In this document: positions 31,334 through 41,476 of the stretch, in pieces
Layout of the letters: each line of letters opens with the position of its first letter
How positions within the stretch are numbered: position 1 is the stretch's first letter
Assembly: GCA_963761305.1 (NCBI GenBank)
Contig: CAVXGK010000001.1
Location: 864,001 to 928,000, forward strand
Reading direction: 5' to 3'
DNA: 64,000 nucleotides
From: an uncultured Gemmatimonadaceae bacterium
GTDB taxonomy: Bacteria; Gemmatimonadota; Gemmatimonadetes; Gemmatimonadales; Gemmatimonadaceae
Translations under genes and position numbers: made by a program
The notes under the pieces: model-generated
Database searches by the model: none
What the model saw: the letters and a program-made list of their open reading frames with translations, nothing else
What the model was told of the DNA's origin: nothing

Positions 31334-31744
31334 TCAGAATGCCGCGAACCCGACCACGTTGCCGCCCGGCTCGCGGACGTACAGCTCGGTCGACCCGTAG
31401 AACGTCTTGTGCCGCGCTTTGACGACCGGCGCCGAGGACAGCGCGTTCTCCACCGCGTCGAGATCGGCGAGCGACGCGACCGTGAGGAACAATGCCACGC
31501 TGTGCCCCTCGAGCTCCGCCGCTTGCGCCGGGCTGTCGGCGACGACGCTCGCGCGCGTCTGGTACATGATCTCCACGCCGTCTTTCTTCACGCTGGCGAA
31601 GATCAATTTGCCGTCGGGTCCCGGCACCGCGTTCTCCTTGGCGAAGCCGAGGTTCGTCGCCCAGAAGTCGACGCACGGTTCGACGGCGTCGACGATGAGC
31701 ACGGGGGCGAGCGTTTGCATCGTGGGGGAAGCGGCGGTCATCAT
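31334..31744 (-). CDS. VOC/glyoxalase family protein
   Basis: PVLIVDAVEPCVDFW, TFYGSTELYVREPGGNVVGF. Confidence 0.85.
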   Translation of the reverse strand: MMTAASPTMQTLAPVLIVDAVEPCVDFWATNLGFAKENAVPGPDGKLIFASVKKDGVEIMYQTRASVVADSPAQAAELEGHSVALFLTVASLADLDAVENALSSAPVVKARHKTFYGSTELYVREPGGNVVGFAAF

Positions 31745-31773
31745 GGAGCCCTTGTCCGTTGGGGTTGATGGCG

Positions 31774-31792
31774 CTAGTATAAATGATACTAG
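31774..31792. promoter_or_regulatory. Palindromic operator in the divergent VOC/PadR intergenic region
   Basis: CTAGTAT-AAATG-ATACTAG perfect 7-bp inverted repeat in an AT-rich patch. Confidence 0.65.
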
Positions 31793-31845
31793 ACCGCCCG
31801 TCAAGCTCGAATCCGGAGCGCCTCCTGCCCAAAAAAACGTCCGCC

Positions 31846-32382
31846 GTGACATTGGCCGATCTCGTCGTGATGTCCCTCCTGTGCGAGGGGCCGCGCCACG
31901 GCTATGAGCTGTGGGCCGAGCTGGAGCGGCGACAGGTCGAGAAATGGGCGAGCATCTCCAGGCCGCAGGTCTACTACTCGCTTCGCAAGCTCGCCGCGGC
32001 CAAACACATTCTCTCGGTGCGCGACGACGACGGTTCGCAGGGGCCGGAGCGGCGCGTCTACAAACCGAGCGAGTCGGGACGCCGCATGCTGGCCGACGCC
32101 CTGGCGCAGGCCCGCTGGGCCACGCAGCGGCCGCCCGATCCGTTTTTGACATGGATGGTCCTGTCGTGGCAAGCGCGCCCGCGGGACTTCACGACGCAGA
32201 TCGCCCGGCGCCGGAAATTCCTCGAGCAGCAACTCGCCGAGGATCGCGCCGCGCTGGCCGCGGTGATCGAGGAAACGTCGTCGACCTCCGACGCCGCCCT
32301 CGTCGTCCGGCTCGGCATCAAACAATTCGAATTGGAGCTCGCGTGGCTCGATGACGTCGGCGCGCGGCACAGACCAGGATGA
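31846..32382 (+). CDS. PadR family transcriptional regulator
   Basis: LLCEGPRHGYEL, QVYYSLRKL, GPERRVY, C-terminal ELAWL helix. Confidence 0.92.
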   Translation: MTLADLVVMSLLCEGPRHGYELWAELERRQVEKWASISRPQVYYSLRKLAAAKHILSVRDDDGSQGPERRVYKPSESGRRMLADALAQARWATQRPPDPFLTWMVLSWQARPRDFTTQIARRRKFLEQQLAEDRAALAAVIEETSSTSDAALVVRLGIKQFELELAWLDDVGARHRPG

Positions 32383-32508
32383 CCGGTGGACCGGTGGACC
32401 GGTGGACCGGTGGACCGGTGGACCGGTGGACCGGTGGACCGGAACGACTGACGGCGCGAGTTGAGAAATCTGACGTCAGAAATCTGACGTCAGACGTCAG
32501 ACGTCTCC
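32381..32508. repeat. Composite intergenic repeat, copy 1: (GACCGGTG) x ~7.75 plus a 46-bp TCTGACGTCAGA-rich module
   Basis: Octamer array at 32381-32442; module at 32463-32508 matches 47546-47591 at 43/46 nt. Confidence 0.9.
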
Positions 32509-32521
32509 TGTTCTCGTCCAC

Positions 32522-33487
32522 CTATTCCGGCTGCGGCGCCGGCAGGTGTTCGGCTCTCCGCAACGAATCCAGAACCTCGTTCCCGCCGCGATGGCGAAGA
32601 TCGTTGGCGAGCCGCACGCCCGTCAGCTCGGGCTGCGCGGGGTCGAGCGGCAATTGGCCGCGGATGACGCGGCGCCCCGCGACGTCGGCCAACAGTCCCC
32701 ACAGCGTGCGGCCGGTGTCGCTCGGTCCCGACAGCGCGCCAATCGGCACCTGACATCCGCCCTCGAGCGCAGCGAGAAACGCGCGCTCGGCGCGGGTGTC
32801 GAGCATCGTCTGGGCATCGCCGAGCGGTTCCACGAGGGCGCGCGTCGCGTCGTCGTCCCTCCGAATCTGGATGGCGATCGCTCCCTGTCCCGCCGCCGGT
32901 AGCCAGTCGGGTACGTCGAGGTAGGCCGAGATCCGCTGCGTCACGCCGAGCCGGTGCAGCCCTGCGGCGGCGAGGATTGCCGCGTGGACGTGGCCCTCGT
33001 CCACCTTCTTGAGCCGCGTCGGCACGTTGCCGCGCAGCTCGACGACCTCGAGGTCGTGTCGCCGAGCGAGAAGCTGCGCGCGTCGTCGAAGACTGGAGGT
33101 CCCCACGCGCGAACCCGGCGGCAGCTCGTCGAGCGAATCGACGCCGACCACCGAGCTCACGATGAGTGCGTCGCGAGGATCCTCGCGCGGCAGCAACGCC
33201 ACGACCTCGAGACCCGCGGGACTGTCGGTGGGAAGATCCTTCAGCGAATGGACGCAGAGCTGGACCTTCCCTCTCGCGAGGTCCGACTCGAGCTCCTTCG
33301 TGAAGAGTCCCTTGCCGCCGATCGCGCTCAGCGACTCGTTGAGCTTCTTGTCGCCGGTCGTGCGGTAGGTCTTGAGCTCACTCGCCACGCCGCGCGCTTC
33401 GAGCGCACTCTGCACCTGACGCGCTTGACGCAGCGCGAGCTCGGACGCGCGCGTCGCGATGATGAGCGGTGCGCCGTCGGCCGGCAT
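32522..33487 (-). CDS. hemC: Hydroxymethylbilane synthase
   Basis: IATRASELA, GGKGLFTKE, VHSLKD, GTSSLRR, RGNV, LEGGCQVPIG. Confidence 0.97.
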   Translation of the reverse strand: MPADGAPLIIATRASELALRQARQVQSALEARGVASELKTYRTTGDKKLNESLSAIGGKGLFTKELESDLARGKVQLCVHSLKDLPTDSPAGLEVVALLPREDPRDALIVSSVVGVDSLDELPPGSRVGTSSLRRRAQLLARRHDLEVVELRGNVPTRLKKVDEGHVHAAILAAAGLHRLGVTQRISAYLDVPDWLPAAGQGAIAIQIRRDDDATRALVEPLGDAQTMLDTRAERAFLAALEGGCQVPIGALSGPSDTGRTLWGLLADVAGRRVIRGQLPLDPAQPELTGVRLANDLRHRGGNEVLDSLRRAEHLPAPQPE

Positions 33488-35061
33488 CAGCCCGCGACGG
33501 CCGCCGAAGCGCCGGCGAAGTGATCGACGATCGCGTCGACCAGACCGGGAATCGTCGACTCCGTCGCTTCGACCACGACGTCGAGTCCGGCGACGCGCGC
33601 CGCCCGTGACGTCACCGGGCCGATCGACGCCGCGGGCGCCGTGCGAGCCGCGTCGACACCGACCGCTTCGACGAAGTTGGTGACGGACGACGCCGACGTG
33701 AACGTCACGAGGTCAGCCCCGTCGCCATTCAGGCGATTCTTCAATTCCGCGGCGCCGGTTCCGTCGAGCACCGAGCGATAGAGATCGACGCGCTCGACGG
33801 TCGCGTTCAGCTCCTCGAGCCCAAGCTGCAATGTTTCTCTCGCGCCTTCGGCGGTCACGTACAGCACGCGCGCGCCGCCGATGTCGCGACGGCCTCGCAA
33901 CGCGTCGAGCAACGCCTCGGCGACGAAACGATCGGGAGCGACGTCCACGGCGAGTCCGTGCGCGAGAAGCGCGTCCGCCGTCGCTGGGCCGACGGCCGCG
34001 ATCTGGAGACCGGCGAGCGCGCGCGCGTCGCGTCCCGACTCACGAAGCTCATCCCAGAACAGGCGCACGGCGTTCTGGCTCGTGAACGCGATCCACGTGA
34101 AGTCCTTGAGCCGAGCGAGCGCGGATCGCAGCGGCGCCGGATCGAGCGGCTCGACGCGCGTCGCGGGCATCTCGATCACCGTCGCACCCGCGGACGCGAG
34201 CCGGTCGCTGAGCGACGCCGCCTGCGAGCGCGCGCGCGTGACGACGATTCGTTTGCCGAAGAGCGGACGCCGGTCGAACCACGCGATCTCGTCGCGCAGC
34301 GCCACCACGTCGCCGATGATCGTGATGACGGGCGCCGAGAGCTTTTCTCGCGCGAGAGTATCGCACAGCGTCGCGAGCGTCGCGGTCACGGTTCGCTGAT
34401 GCGGATGCGTGCCCCACTGCACCGCCGCGGCCGGCGTGTCGCGCGGCAGACCGCCGCTCACGAGCGCGTCGACGATGCGCGGCAGCGTCTGCACGCCCAT
34501 GTAGAGCACGATCGTTCCGCCGGCTCGCGCGAGCGCGGCCCAATCGGTGCCGCTCGCGTCTCGCGCCGGATCTTCGTGCCCGGTGACGAGTGTGACGGAG
34601 GTCGCGACGCCGCGATGCGTCACGGGAATCCCGGCGTACGCCGCGGCCGCGATGCCGGCCGTCACGCCGGGCACGACTTCGAAACGCAGACCCGCCGCGG
34701 CGAGCGCCTGGGCCTCCTCGCCTCCCCGCCCGAATACGAACGGATCGCCGCCCTTGAGGCGCACGACGCGTTTTCCGTCGCGCGCGAGTCGCACCAGCAG
34801 CGCATTGATCTCGTCCTGCCGGCTGGCGTCGCCCGCGCCGCCGCGCTTGCCGACGTCGTGCAGGTCGACGGGCCGTTCACGATCGACCGCCGACGCCAAC
34901 GCGAGGAGCGCCGGGTTCGCGAGCGCGTCGTACACGATCGCGTCGCACGTCACGAGCAACTCGGCGCCGCGCAGCGTCAACAGGCCGGGGTCGCCGGGTC
35001 CCGCACCGACGAGAAACACGATGCCGTCGGACGGACGGCGACCCGTCAAACGCGGCGTCAT
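33487..35061 (-). CDS. cobA: Uroporphyrinogen-III C-methyltransferase / uroporphyrinogen-III synthase fusion
   Basis: VGAGPGDPGLLT, RLKGGDPFVFGRGGEE, then a HemD domain (PLFGKRIVVTRA, FTSASS). Confidence 0.94.
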   Translation of the reverse strand: MTPRLTGRRPSDGIVFLVGAGPGDPGLLTLRGAELLVTCDAIVYDALANPALLALASAVDRERPVDLHDVGKRGGAGDASRQDEINALLVRLARDGKRVVRLKGGDPFVFGRGGEEAQALAAAGLRFEVVPGVTAGIAAAAYAGIPVTHRGVATSVTLVTGHEDPARDASGTDWAALARAGGTIVLYMGVQTLPRIVDALVSGGLPRDTPAAAVQWGTHPHQRTVTATLATLCDTLAREKLSAPVITIIGDVVALRDEIAWFDRRPLFGKRIVVTRARSQAASLSDRLASAGATVIEMPATRVEPLDPAPLRSALARLKDFTWIAFTSQNAVRLFWDELRESGRDARALAGLQIAAVGPATADALLAHGLAVDVAPDRFVAEALLDALRGRRDIGGARVLYVTAEGARETLQLGLEELNATVERVDLYRSVLDGTGAAELKNRLNGDGADLVTFTSASSVTNFVEAVGVDAARTAPAASIGPVTSRAARVAGLDVVVEATESTIPGLVDAIVDHFAGASAAVAG

Positions 35062-35231
35062 CCGCGCGACGGCGTTCCGGCCGAATCGAGCGCTCGCCGA
35101 TAGCCGCGCGCACGCATCCAGAGCGAGAGCGAATAGCCGATGTAGATCACCGCCACGAGCGTGTACGCGACGTGATAGGTGCCCCACGACGAGACCGGTG
35201 GGGCCTGGACGATTCGCGCGAGCGCGATCAT
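35058..35231 (-). CDS. ccmD: CcmD-like small membrane protein
   Basis: 57 aa, YHVAYTLVAVIYIGYSLSLWMRAR single TM plus basic tail, directly after ccmC with overlapping codons. Confidence 0.7.
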   Translation of the reverse strand: MIALARIVQAPPVSSWGTYHVAYTLVAVIYIGYSLSLWMRARGYRRALDSAGTPSRG

Positions 35232-35956
35232 GTCATCGCCTCCGCAGCGAGGTCGCGCAGCAAACCGACGCGATACCGCACGCGAATGAACGCCACGCAC
35301 AGCACGGCGAACGCGAGGAAGGCGAACAGAAACGTGGCCAGCATGTCGGGCGGCATTGACGGCTCACTGGGTTTGAGCACGATCGGCATCGGGTGAAGCC
35401 GCGATTGAAACAGGTAGACGCTCAGGTGAATGAACGGAATGAGCAGCGCGCCAAGAACGCCGAGCACCGCGGAAAAGCGCGCCCGCATCGAGGCGTCTTC
35501 GACCGCGCCGCGAACGACGAGATACGCGGCGACCACGAACCAGAGAAAGAGCGTGAGCGTGAGTCGCATGTCCCACCACGCCCACCACGCGCCCCAGATC
35601 TTGTGGCCCCAGAGCGGCCCCGTCACGAGCACCACGCTCAAGAACAGGAGACCGACTTCGGCCGACGCCTCGGCGAGACGGTCCGCGCGCTCGTCGTGCA
35701 GCCACAGATAGACGATGGACGTCAGCGCGGTAAGGCTCACGGCGATGTACGCGCCGAGGGCCGCCGGAACATGGAGATAATAGATCTTCTGGGCCGCGCC
35801 CTGCGTCGCCTCGATCGGCGTGAAGTAGATCGCGCGCAGATAGACGGCGACGACGCCGAGCACGGCGACGCCAAACAGCCAGTCGAACACCGCGCGCGGC
35901 GGCGCGGGGGGCGTCGACCGTCGCGCCGGCGCGTCGGTGGAGGAGACAGCGGTCAT
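35228..35956 (-). CDS. ccmC: Haem exporter protein C
   Basis: KIYYLHVP, TGPLWGHKIWGAWWAWWD (WWD motif), conserved C-terminal His. Confidence 0.93.
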   Translation of the reverse strand: MTAVSSTDAPARRSTPPAPPRAVFDWLFGVAVLGVVAVYLRAIYFTPIEATQGAAQKIYYLHVPAALGAYIAVSLTALTSIVYLWLHDERADRLAEASAEVGLLFLSVVLVTGPLWGHKIWGAWWAWWDMRLTLTLFLWFVVAAYLVVRGAVEDASMRARFSAVLGVLGALLIPFIHLSVYLFQSRLHPMPIVLKPSEPSMPPDMLATFLFAFLAFAVLCVAFIRVRYRVGLLRDLAAEAMT

Positions 35957-36645
35957 TCTTCGAGTGTGTAAGGGAATGCCATCGTGCACGCGACGACGAA
36001 GACAATGTCGAACGCGATGATGATTCTCAACCATGGCCACGCCTCGGCGGCCGGGCGGCCGCCAAGGACGCGCGTCGTCGCCTGCGCCGCGTTGAGCAGA
36101 ACCGGCACGAAGAACGGAAGGCTGAGCATCGGCAACAGCAGCTCGGCCATTCGCGTGTTCACAGCCATCGCGCTGAACAGCGTGCCCACCGCCACGATGC
36201 CGACCGTCGCCAGCAGCATGATCGCCGCGACGCCAAACAGCGACTGTCCAACGGGCAGATTGTAGAACAACACCAGCGCGGGGAGCGTCACGGCCTGCAC
36301 GGCGCAGAGAAACACGAGGTTCCCGATCGCCTTCCCAAGGTAGATCGCTTCACGACTCGTCGGCGCGACGAGGAGCGCGTCGATGCCGCGATCGTGTTCT
36401 TCGATCGAGAACGATCGTTGAAGGCCGAGCAGACCCGAGAACGCGACGACCACCCAGAGCACGCCCGGCGCCCGGTCGGCCGGCGTGACGATCGACTCGT
36501 CCCACGCGAAGTAGAAAATGCAAAGCGCCAGGACCGCGAAGACGAGCGCGGACAGGAACGCCGTGCGCGTCCGAAACTCGATCGCGAGATCCTTGCGCGC
36601 GATGAGCCACGCGGCGGCGAGCGTCCCCGGTGGATGAGCGTTCAT
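35953..36645 (-). CDS. ccmB: Haem exporter protein B
   Basis: KDLAIEFR, PGVLWV, IYLGK, ELLLPML. Confidence 0.93.
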   Translation of the reverse strand: MNAHPPGTLAAAWLIARKDLAIEFRTRTAFLSALVFAVLALCIFYFAWDESIVTPADRAPGVLWVVVAFSGLLGLQRSFSIEEHDRGIDALLVAPTSREAIYLGKAIGNLVFLCAVQAVTLPALVLFYNLPVGQSLFGVAAIMLLATVGIVAVGTLFSAMAVNTRMAELLLPMLSLPFFVPVLLNAAQATTRVLGGRPAAEAWPWLRIIIAFDIVFVVACTMAFPYTLEE

Positions 36646-37400
36646 GCCGACGCCGGCATGGTCCAATGGGTTGGCGCGATCTCGCCGACAACCATCGACC
36701 GGTACGCCGCGCGATATGCGTCGGCGTCGAGCGCCGCGCAGTCATCCGTGCGGACGAACCTCCCGTCGAGCATGATCGCCGCCCGTGTTGCGACGGCAAG
36801 TCCTTCGTCGACGTTGTGCGTGACGAGGACGAGCGTCGCTTTCGCGCTGCGCAGATCGCGGAGCATCTCGGTCAGCGCCGCCGCGCCCGCGGCGTCGAGG
36901 CCGGTGTACGGCTCGTCGAGCAGCAGCAAGTCGGGACGATGCACGATGGAGCGGGCGATCGCGACGCGCTGCTGCAGCCCGCGGCTCAGCGCCCGCACCG
37001 GCGTTCGGGCGCGATCCGCGACGCGCATTTGCTCGAGGGCAGCCATGGCGGCGGCGCGCGGCGCCGACAGTCCGTACAGCCGCGCCGCGAACTCGACGTT
37101 CTCGAGCGACGTGAGCGCGCGGTACAACATGCTCTGGTGCGAGATGAGCCCGATGGACGCTCGCGACGCGGAGTCAGATCGCAGGGCGCGTCCCATCACC
37201 CGAACCGTTCCGCTCGTCGGCGCGAGCAACCCGGCGACCAGCTTCAGCAGCGTCGTCTTGCCCGCACCGTTGGGCCCGAACAGCGCCATGCACTCGCCCG
37301 CGCCGAGCGCGAGATCGACGCCGTCCACCGCGCGACGTCGCCCAAAGTCGCGGCGCAGCGCGGCTGCTTCGACGACCAGCGAGCCGGAGGGTGAGAGCAT
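36642..37400 (-). CDS. ccmA: Haem ABC exporter ATP-binding protein
   Basis: GPNGAGKTT, LSRG, LLLDEPYTGLD; upstream of ccmB. Confidence 0.9.
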   Translation of the reverse strand: MLSPSGSLVVEAAALRRDFGRRRAVDGVDLALGAGECMALFGPNGAGKTTLLKLVAGLLAPTSGTVRVMGRALRSDSASRASIGLISHQSMLYRALTSLENVEFAARLYGLSAPRAAAMAALEQMRVADRARTPVRALSRGLQQRVAIARSIVHRPDLLLLDEPYTGLDAAGAAALTEMLRDLRSAKATLVLVTHNVDEGLAVATRAAIMLDGRFVRTDDCAALDADAYRAAYRSMVVGEIAPTHWTMPASA

Positions 37401-37505
37401 GCTCTAAGATAAGACGAGACGGCTCCGCTTACCCGTCGCGCCGTGCATTCGTATTATCCCAACTCATCACTCGACTTTCGCACCGGATCGAAGCTTCGGC
37501 AGACC

Positions 37506-39461
37506 ATGACCGAGATCGACGCACTCCTCCACGAAAACCGCAAGTTCGCGCCGCCGGCCGGCTTTCGCCGCAGCGCGCTCGTGTCCGATACGCGACTCTA
37601 CGACCAAACGTCTGAGGCGTTCTGGGCGGCCCAGGCCGGTGAGCTCGAGTGGTTCGAGAAGTGGAAAACGGTCTGCGAGTGGCAGCCGCCGCACTCGAAA
37701 TGGTTCATTGGTGGAAAGCTCAACATCTCGGTGAATTGCGTCGACCGCCACGTGGCCGGACCGCGCCGCAACAAGGCGGCGCTCATCTGGGAAGGAGAGC
37801 CCGGCGACCGCCGAACGCTGACGTACTGGGACCTGTACATCGAAGTCCAGAAGTTCGCGAACGTTCTGAAGAAGCTCGGCGTCAAGAGAGGCGATCGAGT
37901 GGCGATCTACATGCCGCTCGTGCCCGAAGTGGCCATCGCGATGCTCGCCTGCACGCGCATCGGCGCGATTCACTCGGTGGTGTTCGGCGGATTCTCGCCC
38001 GAATCGCTGCGCGATCGCATCAACGACGCGAAAGCGAAGCTGCTCATCACGGCCGACGGCGGCTATCGCCGCGGTTCGCTCGTGCCGCTCAAGCGGAACT
38101 CCGACAAGGCGCTCGAAGAGTGCCCGACGATCGAGCACGTGGTCGTCGTCCAGCGCCGGCACGGCGGCGGCGACGAAGACGCGTTTGCCCGCATGAAGGA
38201 CGGGCGCGATCACTGGTGGCATCAGCTGATGGCCGACGCATCGCCGACGTGCAAGCCGGAACGCATGGACGCCGAGGACGTGCTGTACATCCTCTACACG
38301 TCCGGCACGACCGGAAAGCCGAAAGGCATCGTGCACACGACGGGCGGCTATCTCGTCGGCGTGACGGCGACGACGAAGCTGGTGTTCGACCTCAAGGAGG
38401 ACGACGTCTTCTGGTGCACCGCCGACGTCGGCTGGGTCACCGGACACTCGTATCTCGTGTACGGGCCGCTCGCCAACGGCGCGACCTGCGTGATGTACGA
38501 AGGCGCGCCCGATTGGCCCGAGAAAGACCGCTTCTGGCGCATCTGCGAGCGGCACGGCGTGACGATCCTCTACACCGCGCCGACGGCGATTCGCGCCTTC
38601 ATGAAGTGGGGCGACAAATACCCCGCCGCGCACGATCTGTCGCAGCTCCGCCTCCTCGGCTCCGTGGGCGAGCCGATCAACCCGGAAGCGTGGATCTGGT
38701 ACCACGAGAAGATCGGCGGTAGTCGATGCCCGATCGTCGACACGTGGTGGCAAACCGAAACGGGCGCCATCGTAATCTCGCCGCTGCCGGGGCTCACCGA
38801 GACGAAGCCCGGCAGCGCGACGATGCCGCTTCCCGGCTACAGCGCCGCGCTCCTCGACGCGAAAGGGAACGAGATCAAAGTCGGCGGTGGGCTGCTCGCC
38901 CTCACCAAACCGTGGCCGTCGATGCTGCGCACGATCTGGGGTGACGACGCGCGCTACGTCGAGACGTATTTCACGAAGTGGCCCGGCCGGCCCGATCTCT
39001 ACTTTCCCGGCGATGGGGCCAAGCGCGACGAGGACGGCTACTACTGGATTCTGGGCCGCGTGGACGACGTGTTAAACGTCGCCGGGCATCGCATTGGCAC
39101 GATGGAGGTCGAATCGGCGCTCGTCGAACATCCGGCGGTCGCGGAGGCCGCGGTGGTCGGCCGGCCGCACGAGCTCAAGGGGCAGGCGCTCGCGGCGTTC
39201 GTGACGCTCCGCGAAGGATTCGCCCAAAATCCGGGTCTTCGTGACGAACTTCGCAACTTCGTTGCCGAAAAGATCGGAGCGATCGCCAAGCCGGATGACA
39301 TCCTTTTTTCGGCCGACCTTCCGAAGACGCGATCGGGCAAAATCATGCGCCGTTTATTGCGAGATATAGCAACAGGACAGGCCCTGGGTGATACGACGAC
39401 GCTCGCCGATCCGAACGTCGTGGCGGCGCTCAGGGACCAATACGAGGCACAAGAAGGCTGA
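37506..39461 (+). CDS. acs: Acetate--CoA ligase
   Basis: [49 protein letters not shown]. Confidence 0.97.
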   Translation: MTEIDALLHENRKFAPPAGFRRSALVSDTRLYDQTSEAFWAAQAGELEWFEKWKTVCEWQPPHSKWFIGGKLNISVNCVDRHVAGPRRNKAALIWEGEPGDRRTLTYWDLYIEVQKFANVLKKLGVKRGDRVAIYMPLVPEVAIAMLACTRIGAIHSVVFGGFSPESLRDRINDAKAKLLITADGGYRRGSLVPLKRNSDKALEECPTIEHVVVVQRRHGGGDEDAFARMKDGRDHWWHQLMADASPTCKPERMDAEDVLYILYTSGTTGKPKGIVHTTGGYLVGVTATTKLVFDLKEDDVFWCTADVGWVTGHSYLVYGPLANGATCVMYEGAPDWPEKDRFWRICERHGVTILYTAPTAIRAFMKWGDKYPAAHDLSQLRLLGSVGEPINPEAWIWYHEKIGGSRCPIVDTWWQTETGAIVISPLPGLTETKPGSATMPLPGYSAALLDAKGNEIKVGGGLLALTKPWPSMLRTIWGDDARYVETYFTKWPGRPDLYFPGDGAKRDEDGYYWILGRVDDVLNVAGHRIGTMEVESALVEHPAVAEAAVVGRPHELKGQALAAFVTLREGFAQNPGLRDELRNFVAEKIGAIAKPDDILFSADLPKTRSGKIMRRLLRDIATGQALGDTTTLADPNVVAALRDQYEAQEG

Positions 39462-39534
39462 ACTCGCTGCATCAAATCGGTACATCTTGTGCCTGAATCC
39501 GCTCGCGTTCGTCTTGGCTATAGATTCAACGCCT

Positions 39535-39930
39535 ATGTTCGCCTTCCTTCGGAATCTGTTTCCGGACCGGATATTCCGGCATAAGCTCGAGCCCGCGGCC
39601 GAGCGGCGGCTCGGACTGGCGCAGGCGCGCGCTGAAGAGGCGATCATTCGAACGCACGTCGACAACGCCCTCATGTTCGTCGACACGCTCGCCGAAGACA
39701 TGACGTTCGACCGCGCGATCGACAGCTACATCCGCGAGATGGCGATTCCAGAGCCGCTCGCCAGCACCGTCGCCACCCGCACGCTCGTCGTGCTCGGTCA
39801 GGACCTTGTGCCCTACCGTCGTCGCGCCCTCGAGTCGGCGGACACGACCGAAGAAGAGCGCCCGCGGCTTCGTCTCAACGACGCCTCGCAGGGCCGCGCT
39901 CCCCAGCAGCGCACGATCAAGCGCGCCTAG
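39535..39930 (+). CDS. Hypothetical protein
   Basis: Protein-like helical ORF (MFAFLRNLF...) with host-like codon usage. Confidence 0.7.
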   Translation: MFAFLRNLFPDRIFRHKLEPAAERRLGLAQARAEEAIIRTHVDNALMFVDTLAEDMTFDRAIDSYIREMAIPEPLASTVATRTLVVLGQDLVPYRRRALESADTTEEERPRLRLNDASQGRAPQQRTIKRA

Positions 39931-39960
39931 GCGCCCCCCCGCCGGTCCTCAACAGAAACC

Positions 39961-40195
39961 GCTCACCGCGGAGACGCGGAGACGCAGAGAACCGCCGCAG
40001 AGGACGACCCAGCATCATCGCGCAACGAGCCGAGATTTTTCTGTTGAAAGCCGCTCGGGACGCCACCATCGCGGCCCAGGCCTCCGTGCTACGAGTGGCC
40101 TCCCGAGCGGCTGTTCCCAAAAATCCCGCTCGCGGCGCAAAGATATTGCTGTCCTCTGTGGCTGTTCTCTGCGTCTCCGCGCCTCTGCGGTGAGC
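39961..40195. repeat. REPIN/MITE-like long palindrome
   Basis: ~45-bp terminal inverted repeats (GCTCACCGCGGAGACGCGGAGACGCAGAGAAC... / ...GTTCTCTGCGTCTCCGCGCCTCTGCGGTGAGC, 4 mismatches) and inner arms AGCCGCTCGGGA/TCCCGAGCGGCT. Confidence 0.85.
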
Positions 40196-40214
40196 AGTTG
40201 TCTTGGCAGTTTGT

Positions 40215-40649
40215 TCAGTCGCCCGTCGCGTCACGAACGGCTCGCCACTCGAAGATGCACAGCAGGCAGAGCACGGCGACCATCGCCGCGGAGCCGAGGC
40301 ACCATTCGCACCAGGCGTGGATGACGAACGCTTCAAGCGACGTGAGCCAGCCCGTGAAGATCACGCCCCACACCGAGAGAACGAGCATCCACGCCGCGAG
40401 GAGACGCGAATTCGCGTAGCGTGGGGTCATTCCAGCGGCGGCCAGCGCCAGCATCAGCGCGTAATATCCTCCGCCCCACGCGGCCACCGGCAGCCCGAGC
40501 AACGTCGACCAGCGGCTGGTCTGCACCCGCTCGCACGAGCCCACGTTGCAGGCGAGGGTGCCGATAATGCCGTAGTGGAAGAGCGTGAGGTACACGCCGA
40601 GAAACAGCCCGGCGAGGCTGATCACGACCATCCACTGTCGGCGGGTCAT
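40215..40649 (-). CDS. Vitamin K epoxide reductase family protein
   Basis: CNVGSCERVQTS, LLGLPVA, WCEWC. Confidence 0.94.
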   Translation of the reverse strand: MTRRQWMVVISLAGLFLGVYLTLFHYGIIGTLACNVGSCERVQTSRWSTLLGLPVAAWGGGYYALMLALAAAGMTPRYANSRLLAAWMLVLSVWGVIFTGWLTSLEAFVIHAWCEWCLGSAAMVAVLCLLCIFEWRAVRDATGD

Positions 40650-41476
40650 CCAGGCTTTTTCGGCGAGGCCGGAAGCGGAACCGATTTCGCGCTGTCGCCA
40701 CCAGCTGCCGGCGACGCCGGAGCTTTGGCCAGCTCGTCGGTGATGACCTTGGCCATCTGATCGTAGTTCAGCGCCCCACCGAATTGCTGCGAGCCGATGA
40801 TGAACGTCGGCGTCTGATTGATCTGACGGGCCTCACCGAGGGCGAGGTGCGCCTGCACTTTCGCCTGATATTTCTTCGTGTCGACGCACTGGTCGAACTT
40901 GGCCGCGTCGAGCCCGAGCTGGTGGCCCAGCTGCTTCATGAACTTGTCGGGGTTGTCCGTCGTCTCGCCGTTCCACTGATCCTGCGTCTGATAGAGCGCG
41001 TCGTGGAATTCCCAGAACTTGCCCTGCTCGTAGGCGCACGCGGCGGCGCGCGACGCCTGCCACGTGTTCTTGTGGACCGAGAGCGGGAAGTCGATGAAAC
41101 GCCAACGCACGAGCCCCGATCCGACGAATTTCTTCCGGATGTCGGGTTCGGTGAGCACGGCGAAGCGTCCGCACGCCGGACACTCGTAGTCGCCGAACTC
41201 GGTGACCTCGAGGCGCGCCGTCGGGCTACCCATGACGTAGCCCTGCGATTCGACTTTTGGCAGCATCGTGTCGATCGGGCTCGCCTGCACGACCTGGTTC
41301 GGTTTGGTCGACTGATACGCGAGCCAGCCGATGCCGACGACGGCGATCGCCGCGATGAGGAGATAAAAGGCGCGGTTACTCGCCGACGATTTGGAGGACT
41401 TTACGACTCCGGGCTTTCGTCCTCGTCCGGGCGCGGGGCGTGAGGGGGGGGTGGGGTCCACTCGCTTGCTTGCCAT
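40646..41476 (-). CDS. Membrane-anchored DsbA family thiol-disulfide oxidoreductase
   Basis: N-terminal TM, EFGDYECPAC, QGKFWEFHDAL, TPTF. Confidence 0.92.
   Translation of the reverse strand: MASKRVDPTPPSRPAPGRGRKPGVVKSSKSSASNRAFYLLIAAIAVVGIGWLAYQSTKPNQVVQASPIDTMLPKVESQGYVMGSPTARLEVTEFGDYECPACGRFAVLTEPDIRKKFVGSGLVRWRFIDFPLSVHKNTWQASRAAACAYEQGKFWEFHDALYQTQDQWNGETTDNPDKFMKQLGHQLGLDAAKFDQCVDTKKYQAKVQAHLALGEARQINQTPTFIIGSQQFGGALNYDQMAKVITDELAKAPASPAAGGDSAKSVPLPASPKKPG

Noticed and set aside
32381..32508. CRISPR array
   Set aside because: Contiguous 8-bp and 7/14-bp tandem units with no unique spacers and no cas genes
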